Source of the DNA: Candidatus Norongarragalinales archaeon
GTDB lineage: Archaea; Micrarchaeota; Micrarchaeia; Norongarragalinales; Norongarragalinaceae
Length of the DNA stretch: 64,000 nt
Direction of reading: 5' to 3'
Assembly (NCBI GenBank): GCA_038884755.1
Contig: JAWABJ010000001.1
Span: 320,001 to 384,000 of the forward strand
Part shown: positions 57,615 through 64,000 of the stretch, in pieces
Position numbering within the stretch: position 1 is the stretch's first letter
Layout of the letters: the number at the start of each line of letters is the position of its first letter
The notes under the pieces: generated by a model
The model's database searches: none
What the model was told of the DNA's origin: nothing
What the model saw: only the letters and a program-made list of their open reading frames with translations
Translations under genes and position numbers: made by a program

Positions 57615-60176
57615 ATGGGGTCTGACTCTGGAATTCTTTTTTGGGGCTTTCTGGCAGCGGTGCTGCTCGCCCAAACGGCTTCAGCCTTTGACGTGGTCGA
57701 CGCGACGCCAGGATTCAATTTCACCATAGGGAGCATAACCCAGAATTACACTCTGACGCTTACGATAACCAACAACACTCCAGTCAACGCTTCCAACTTT
57801 ACCGTAGTCCGCTTTTTCCTGCCTTACGGGATAGTCAATTCGACCGCATGCAACGCTACTGGCACTAACGGCCTGTTTTACGGAGTCAATGCGACGTACA
57901 GCGCTTGCGCCGTCAACGTCACCAACGCAGGAGGCACGCCGTTCAACGTTTCAATGCTCGTAAGGCTCAACATTTCCGCGTTTTCAGGGGCAGGGCAAGT
58001 GATTCCGCGCAGGCCTTCGCATGGAGATTTGGGTCCGGTCTTGACTTTCATGAACGCGACTTGTGCCGTAGGCTGCGGAAACGGAAACGTCACGCAAAAC
58101 GCCGTGGCAAGGTACGGCAACCACTCGAACGTCAACCCCCGCCCGTACTTCGTAAACCAAACCGGAACTTACCTGAACAACGTTTCCGTCAGCGCTTGGA
58201 ACCAAACCGACCCCATTTACTCCATCCAACTGCCCATAATGACTTTCAACGCAACAAGCATGAGGCCGGAGTACACGAACGACTCTTTCGGAGTGGCGAT
58301 GTACTTCGACAAGGACGGGCAGATGATGATGCCCACATTCATGCGCTTGTATTCTTACACTCTCAACTTCACTTTCTTGGACGTTGCGAACGGAAGCAAC
58401 TTCACCCTCTACAATCCTGTCAACACTTCCAGCGAAACGAACGGGGCGACTTGCAACATGCAGAACGGAGACTGTCCTGCCGAGTCGATGATGCCGCTTT
58501 TGACGAGGACCGAAGTGTTTTTCGACCCAATAACGCAAACCAACACTAGCTTCACCATGTCCACCCCCTCGCCCAGCGGGTACGACTTGTACGTCAACGG
58601 CACCATCCGCACCATAAACTTCAGCAGCGCCAACGAAACGGGCTACTGGGGCATAAACGCGTCGTTCCAGCCCGGCATGATGCAAAACGCCCAGGGAATT
58701 TTCAGGATAAACGTCACGGACGCGGCGATTGCGCAGAGCACCACTTACGGCTTGTACTTCACGATAACCAACCAGACCGACGTTGGAGGAGGGTCGCTGA
58801 TTCCCACTTCGCCCGTTTACATCGTAAACCAAAGCATTTCCGGCTGGGACCCGACTTCGCCCCCGCCGTTCGGACAAAACCTCACCATCAGCTACATCGG
58901 CTGGCTGAGGAACGGGCTGAAAAACTGGACTTTTTACAACGCCAGCCTCCGCTACTTCATTCCCACGAACGCCACGCCGAGAAGCCCGACCAACGACACT
59001 GACTTCCAAACGTGCACTTACGACGGCGGCGGGACTAGCACGAATTGTACAATCAACATGACGCGCAACATGAACTTTTCCTGGACTACGCAAGGCAGGA
59101 GCGGATGGGATACTGCGGGCGTGTCGACAAACAACAGCTGCTTGACTTTCAACGACGACAGGCCGGGCGAGCAGGATGGCGGCAACGTCACCGTGTGCTT
59201 CCGTTCTTACGAGCTCAACATAATCAACACCACGTTCAACTCGTGGAACCCCAACAGCACGGCAACCAGCATAGTGGGCGTGAACTTCACTGCCGACATT
59301 TCGTTCCCGGTAATGGATGAGACCAACGTGCCCAGCGGCACTGCCGGCGCTGAAAACAGCTACAACATCACGTTCCAAACTTCGATGCAGACGAACTTGA
59401 ATTTGACAGACAAAGTTCCGAACATTGCAAACGCCGGCTGTTCAGGCACCACAATAACCATAGACGGCTCGGCGCTCACTTGCGGAACCAACTACACTAT
59501 CGGAAGCTTGACTTTGAACAGCGTTTCGCAAGGAAGCCACACTATCAGCGTTTCCTACACGCCTTCGGCGAGCAGCGGCTCCGGCAGCAGTTCGGGAGGA
59601 GGCAGCGGAGGGCCAGGTTGTGGAGAAGGAGGGTGCGGAAGGAGCACTGCAACGCCCACTCCAGTCCCGACGCCCACTGCAACCCCGCCTGCGACTGAAA
59701 AGAAAATAATAAACTCGCAAACCGGCGTGGTCGCCACGTTCGGTTCGAAAGGCGCTACGTTCGAATTGTCTTACGAAGCCGATGAAAACGGGTTTTACGG
59801 CGACTTGACCTGGCGCCTGCCTTTCGACTACTCGCAATACGCGTTGGGCTTGGTGCGCATTACTCCCCAGCCCAAGCGCGTGCTGAAGGGAAGCGTAATC
59901 GCAACTTGGGAGAACGTCGAGTTGAGCCCCGGCGAAGCGTTCAAAGCCAGCGTAAGCGTGTCGAAAGAACTGGAGAGAAGCATTCTTGAAGAGTTTTCCG
60001 CGCCTTCGCTGAACGCGAAAGCAAAGCCGACCGCGTCGGTTGAAACGCCGTCGTCCACTCCAGCGCCTTCGAGAAGCGCGCTGCAGCCGGACTACACGCT
60101 CATTCTAGTGCTCATAGCAATCGCGCTCGTCGTAGCGTATTACTTGGGCGTAGTGCGCAAGAGAAAAGGGCTTTAA
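57615..60176 (+). CDS. Large secreted, C-terminally anchored surface glycoprotein
   Basis: Signal peptide, dense N-x-S/T sequons, G/S and PT linker; C-terminal domain and TM shared with 7102..8964. Confidence 0.85.
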   Translation: MGSDSGILFWGFLAAVLLAQTASAFDVVDATPGFNFTIGSITQNYTLTLTITNNTPVNASNFTVVRFFLPYGIVNSTACNATGTNGLFYGVNATYSACAVNVTNAGGTPFNVSMLVRLNISAFSGAGQVIPRRPSHGDLGPVLTFMNATCAVGCGNGNVTQNAVARYGNHSNVNPRPYFVNQTGTYLNNVSVSAWNQTDPIYSIQLPIMTFNATSMRPEYTNDSFGVAMYFDKDGQMMMPTFMRLYSYTLNFTFLDVANGSNFTLYNPVNTSSETNGATCNMQNGDCPAESMMPLLTRTEVFFDPITQTNTSFTMSTPSPSGYDLYVNGTIRTINFSSANETGYWGINASFQPGMMQNAQGIFRINVTDAAIAQSTTYGLYFTITNQTDVGGGSLIPTSPVYIVNQSISGWDPTSPPPFGQNLTISYIGWLRNGLKNWTFYNASLRYFIPTNATPRSPTNDTDFQTCTYDGGGTSTNCTINMTRNMNFSWTTQGRSGWDTAGVSTNNSCLTFNDDRPGEQDGGNVTVCFRSYELNIINTTFNSWNPNSTATSIVGVNFTADISFPVMDETNVPSGTAGAENSYNITFQTSMQTNLNLTDKVPNIANAGCSGTTITIDGSALTCGTNYTIGSLTLNSVSQGSHTISVSYTPSASSGSGSSSGGGSGGPGCGEGGCGRSTATPTPVPTPTATPPATEKKIINSQTGVVATFGSKGATFELSYEADENGFYGDLTWRLPFDYSQYALGLVRITPQPKRVLKGSVIATWENVELSPGEAFKASVSVSKELERSILEEFSAPSLNAKAKPTASVETPSSTPAPSRSALQPDYTLILVLIAIALVVAYYLGVVRKRKGL

Positions 60177-61030
60177 AGCAACGCCGCAGCCAAGGCGAAG
60201 GCAATAGCGCCTCCGGCGAAAGTGCTGAAGAAATTCACCGAATCGTTGTCTATTTGCCTAAACCCTCGCACGAGCTTGGTTTTCGTCCCGCACTTGTGCA
60301 CGGTTTTCTCCGTCTCAGCCCTGCACTTGGCGCAATAAAAGTTCGCTTGAACGGTAGCCCCGAGAAGGCTGTCTGCAAGAGAGCCGGCAAAGCCCGCAAA
60401 GGTTATCAAAAGCAAAAACCTTCCTCCGCCCACGAACTGGTCGAAAAACAGCGGCCCGAGCAAAGCAAGCTCAACCGAATTGTTCAACACGTTGAGCAAA
60501 ACCGCGGCGAGGGCTATGAAAAACGCGCCGGCAAGGGAAACCAGCAACCCTCTCACTGAAACCGCCCCGCTCAACCCCGCCTTCACTTGCCTGAAAGTGG
60601 TTATCAGCCACGTTTTCTTGCTCAAAACCCCGAGTTCGGTGGCCCACGTGTCTGCGGTTGCAGTTGCAATCACGGCGGTGTAAGCTGCAAACAACTCAGG
60701 CTTGGGGTCGAGAAAATAGCCCACCGCGACCAGCGCGGGCAACGCGCCGTTGGCTACAACCTGCCAAAAGTCTCGCGTGCCGCCCTTCGCGAATTCCGAG
60801 TAGGCGTTTTGCTTCATTTTCTCCTTGTAGCGCGTCAACAACGCCGACGAAAGGAAGAACAGCACCAAGAGCGTGAGCCAAGTCCACCCTCCGAAGGCGA
60901 ACACGCTCACGCCGATGAACCACGCGGCTACCGTGCCGCCGTCGGTCAACTCGCGCTTTTTGAACGCGTAAATAGCCAAAAGCAGGCTTACAATCAGCCC
61001 CACCAGCACGTTAATCTGCTCGAAAGCCAT
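60173..61030 (-). CDS. DUF92/TMEM19 membrane protein
   Basis: RDFWQVVANG, ADTWATELG, DSLLGATVQ, NDSVN. Confidence 0.9.
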   Translation of the reverse strand: MAFEQINVLVGLIVSLLLAIYAFKKRELTDGGTVAAWFIGVSVFAFGGWTWLTLLVLFFLSSALLTRYKEKMKQNAYSEFAKGGTRDFWQVVANGALPALVAVGYFLDPKPELFAAYTAVIATATADTWATELGVLSKKTWLITTFRQVKAGLSGAVSVRGLLVSLAGAFFIALAAVLLNVLNNSVELALLGPLFFDQFVGGGRFLLLITFAGFAGSLADSLLGATVQANFYCAKCRAETEKTVHKCGTKTKLVRGFRQIDNDSVNFFSTFAGGAIAFALAAALL

Positions 61031-61115
61031 TTTACCCCTCAAACCCGCGTTTCTACAGAAAGCTTTTCGCAACCTCAAACTAATAAAAGCATTGCAAGAC
61101 AAAAGATTTTCTTGC

Positions 61116-61329
61116 GCCTCAGTAGCTCAGAGGTAGAGCGTTCGCCTCGTAGCCCAGCTTTTCTTTTGTAAAAGAAAAGCTAGGCGCTGCAAAAGAAAAC
61201 AGTTTGCAGACGCCGGAAAAGAAAAAGCTTGGTGCGGTAAAAGAAAACCGCGCGTAGTAAAAGAAACGAATAGTTTTTCTTTGGCGGCGAGCCAGCGAAA
61301 GGTCGGGAGTTCAAGTCTCCCCTGAGGCT
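61116..61329 (+). tRNA. tRNA-Thr(CGT) with 142-nt intron (61152-61293)
   Basis: Acceptor GCCTCAG/CTGAGGC, U73, anticodon arm TTCGC-CTCGTA^A-GCGAA; bulge-helix-bulge (BHB) helix CTCG/CGAG with bulges TAG and CCA. Confidence 0.9.
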
Positions 61330-61348
61330 CTAAAAAAAGGTTGTGCGC

Positions 61349-62023
61349 ATGGACTACGCAGGGATTGAAAAAAAAATTTCGCTGTTGTGGCCTTTTGCTT
61401 TCGTGCCCGCAACGCTCTACGCCGCTAAAGCTTTCGGGCACCTGGCTGCGACAGTGCTTTTGAGCGCGTTGTTTTTCTTCCTTTTCGTGCGCCGCGCGGA
61501 CGTTAAAACCAGGCGGCTGATGATAGTGCTCGCGGTTTTCTCGGCGGTTTTCGAAACCGCGAACGTTGGCGTGGGCGCTTACAAATACTCGGGAACGATA
61601 GCCACGCCGGTGTGGATTTCGATAGGCTGGGGGATTCTCGGCTGGTGGCTTGCAAGCCTGGAAAAGGAATTTGCCAAAATCGGCTTCAAAACCGCATTTG
61701 CGGCAATTTGCGTGATGCTGGTAGCCTTCCCGTTCTACAACAACACGCTTTCGGCAAGCTCGGCGATAGCCATCGCGGGGTTGTACATGCTCTCTTTGTG
61801 CGTGTCGCAGCCTTTCTCGATTTACGCTTTCACCGCGTTGTTCGGAATGATTGCAGAGTACGCGGGCACTGCGGTTGGAGTGTGGACTTACTACAGCGCC
61901 GCCGGAAGCGGAATTCCCGTCCAGCCGGACCTTGCTTTCCTTGCATTGGCTTATTCGCTCATACTCGCGTTTTGCTTCTGGACTTCCGGCTTTGAAGGCA
62001 AAATCGACAGGAAACGACGTTAG
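61349..62023 (+). CDS. Membrane protein with internal repeat (DUF2878-like)
   Basis: Repeats FE..NV..GAYKY and AEY..T..GVWTY. Confidence 0.65.
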   Translation: MDYAGIEKKISLLWPFAFVPATLYAAKAFGHLAATVLLSALFFFLFVRRADVKTRRLMIVLAVFSAVFETANVGVGAYKYSGTIATPVWISIGWGILGWWLASLEKEFAKIGFKTAFAAICVMLVAFPFYNNTLSASSAIAIAGLYMLSLCVSQPFSIYAFTALFGMIAEYAGTAVGVWTYYSAAGSGIPVQPDLAFLALAYSLILAFCFWTSGFEGKIDRKRR

Positions 62024-62079
62024 TTAACTTATTAATTCGACAGGGCTTTTGTTTCTTCAACAAGCAGGGGTGGGGTTTT

Positions 62080-63666
62080 TTGAAATTCGGCAAAGAACTT
62101 TCTTTAAGGGCGTTGTTCTTAGGCGCGTTGCTTTCGGTTTGCGTCGCAGCCTACTCCGCGTTCGCGGGGCTCAAGATAGGCGGGGTTTACTGGCCGATAG
62201 TCACCACTTCGCTCGTTTCCCTCGCCTTGCTCAAGGTTTTGGGCGGAACGAGTTCGAAAGAAATCGCGGTAATGCAGACTGCGGGAAGCTCGGGCGGGCT
62301 TTTGGCTGCAGGCGTTATTTTCACTATTCCCGCCGCTTGGATGCTTGGCTTGAGCGTTACGGTCTACGACATCATCCTGATTTCCCTCACCGGAGGCATT
62401 TTGGGCGTAATGTTCAGTTACCCTTTGAGGAAACAGCTGGTCGAACGCGAGGCGTTGCCTTGCGCGGACGGGACTGCAGCCGCGAGTTTGATTAAAGCTG
62501 GGGATTCGAAAGGCGAAAAAGCGAAGGCTCTTTTCTACGCTTTTTCAGCCGGCGCCGCGTTCAGCGTGCTGCGCGATTGGTTCAAGGCAATTCCCGGGTT
62601 CGTGAATTTGGACACGCTCAAGGTGAACGCGGGAAACTTTTCCCTCGGCTCCGCAATTTCGCTCATCCCGCTTGCAGGCGGGTTTTTGATAGGCCCGCGC
62701 TTTACGCTCGCGTGGTTTTTGGGCGCGGCAGCCACGTTCTTCGCCTTGATTCCCTACGCTCTTTCGACAGGGCTGTACTCGGCTAAAGGGCAGGTGTTGG
62801 CCGAAATCGCCAGGCCGCTGGGAGTGGGAATAGTCCTCGGCGCGGCAATCGCCTATTTTGCGTTGAAAGGCATTCCTGCGATGGGGCGCGTGGTTCAAGA
62901 CTACAAAAACGCCAAGTGGGGCAAGCACGCCGGCTTGCTTTTGATCGTTTCCGTGGGCGTTTTGACGGTGGTTTCGCAAATGGACGCGCTCGTTTCGGCA
63001 ATAGCGATTATCGGGGCTTTCGCAATGGCGTACGTTGCGGCGAGAATCACGGGCGAAATGAACGTAGACCCGATGGAAATCTTCGCCATGCTGATAATGC
63101 TTTTTGCAAAACTGTTCTTGGGCACCGCCGCATTTCCGTTGGTCGTCATCGCGGCAGTGGTCACCATTGCGGCGGGAATGGCGGGCGACATGATGCAAGA
63201 CTTGAAGGCGGGGCATTTGCTTGGAGTAAAGCCCGAAAGCCAGATGGTCGCGCAAACGGTCGGGCTGGTTGCAGCTTCGCTGGTGATAGGCGCGATAGTA
63301 ATTTCGATAAACGGCGCTTACGGAATCGGCGGGGTGGACTTTCCGGCGCCGCAGGCAGTTGCAGTCAAGGAAGTAGTCCAAAGTGCCGGACTCTCGCAAG
63401 TAATGATTGCGGGGATATTGCTGGGGGCGCTCGCAACGATAGCTTCAAGCAAAATCGGCTGGGGCATAGTTCCAGTCGCGTTCGGAATCGGGCTTTACGT
63501 GCCCATCGAATTGAGCTTTCCGCTTTTCATCGGAGGCTTGGTCCGCTACGCTTCCGACAAGGCGGGTAAAACCGAAAGCCGCCGCATTGCCGCGGCAGGG
63601 CTGATTGCGGGCGAAGGGCTGGTGGGCGTGGTGCTGTCGCTCGCCGGCTTCGCGGCGATACTGTAG
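62080..63666 (+). CDS. OPT-family oligopeptide transporter
   Basis: GLKIG, FTIPA, DMMQDLKAG, FPAPQA, GLIAGEG. Confidence 0.9.
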   Translation: MKFGKELSLRALFLGALLSVCVAAYSAFAGLKIGGVYWPIVTTSLVSLALLKVLGGTSSKEIAVMQTAGSSGGLLAAGVIFTIPAAWMLGLSVTVYDIILISLTGGILGVMFSYPLRKQLVEREALPCADGTAAASLIKAGDSKGEKAKALFYAFSAGAAFSVLRDWFKAIPGFVNLDTLKVNAGNFSLGSAISLIPLAGGFLIGPRFTLAWFLGAAATFFALIPYALSTGLYSAKGQVLAEIARPLGVGIVLGAAIAYFALKGIPAMGRVVQDYKNAKWGKHAGLLLIVSVGVLTVVSQMDALVSAIAIIGAFAMAYVAARITGEMNVDPMEIFAMLIMLFAKLFLGTAAFPLVVIAAVVTIAAGMAGDMMQDLKAGHLLGVKPESQMVAQTVGLVAASLVIGAIVISINGAYGIGGVDFPAPQAVAVKEVVQSAGLSQVMIAGILLGALATIASSKIGWGIVPVAFGIGLYVPIELSFPLFIGGLVRYASDKAGKTESRRIAAAGLIAGEGLVGVVLSLAGFAAIL

Positions 63667-63692
63667 AAGCTTTCTAAAAAGGCGCATTGCAA

Positions 63693-64000
63693 ATGCTGGG
63701 CATTGACTTCGGCGGGTCGTACGCCGACTGCGTTGTTTCGAAAAAAGGAAGGATTTTGTTTTCCTATTCCACCCCCGCAAAAGACTTCGAAGAGAAAAAG
63801 CTTTTTTCCGAAATCGAAAGCCGCGGATTGCTGTTCGGAGGAATCCGCGTTACCGGAATGCGCAAGCGCCTGCAAAAAAAGTTCAAGCGGGTGGGCGAGA
63901 TTGAAAGCATCGCGCTGGGGGCAAGGGTGCTGTCACGAGAAAAAGATTTTGTTGCGGCTAGCGTAGGAACCGGAACGGCAATAGCGGCGTTCAAAAACCA
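63693..64000 (+). CDS. Type II pantothenate kinase-like (ASKHA) protein, partial
   Basis: Manual translation MLGIDFGGS...VTG...EIESIALGA..L...SVGTGT; runs off the window. Confidence 0.65.
   Translation, partial: MLGIDFGGSYADCVVSKKGRILFSYSTPAKDFEEKKLFSEIESRGLLFGGIRVTGMRKRLQKKFKRVGEIESIALGARVLSREKDFVAASVGTGTAIAAFKN

Noticed and set aside
61152..61293. CRISPR array or C/D-box guide in the tRNA intron
   Set aside because: The 9-nt repeat and 11-17 nt spacers are far too short for CRISPR, and no RTGATGA/CTGA boxes are present.

Overview
This is a gene-dense archaeal chromosome segment. The evidence is an ATP-dependent DNA ligase, Topo VI A/B next to a KH RNA-processing protein, ScpA, RtcB, archaeal TrpRS, GGTGA-type Shine-Dalgarno (SD) sites and intron-containing tRNAs. 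Bacterial-type GAPDH, SHMT and ThyX, plus many orphan membrane and surface proteins, suggest a DPANN lineage such as Micrarchaeota (inference). I found no CRISPR array, integrase or transposase. Main oddities: (1) tRNA-Ser(CGA) and tRNA-Thr(CGT) carry homologous 58-nt and 142-nt introns built from covarying hairpins and repeated AAAAGAAAA units. (2) Nine small, partly paralogous orphan membrane proteins lie in one co-oriented run at 3.2-6.7 kb, near a degenerate HerA-like ATPase. (3) The class III ribonucleotide reductase (RNR) has its glycyl-radical domain as a separate 48-aa gene. (4) Topo VI-B has a phage-structural-type beta-sandwich insertion. (5) One protein is an internally duplicated, divergent beta-carbonic anhydrase. 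(6) Several micro-ORFs were missed by the ORF track. All calls come from reading motifs by eye; no searches were run.
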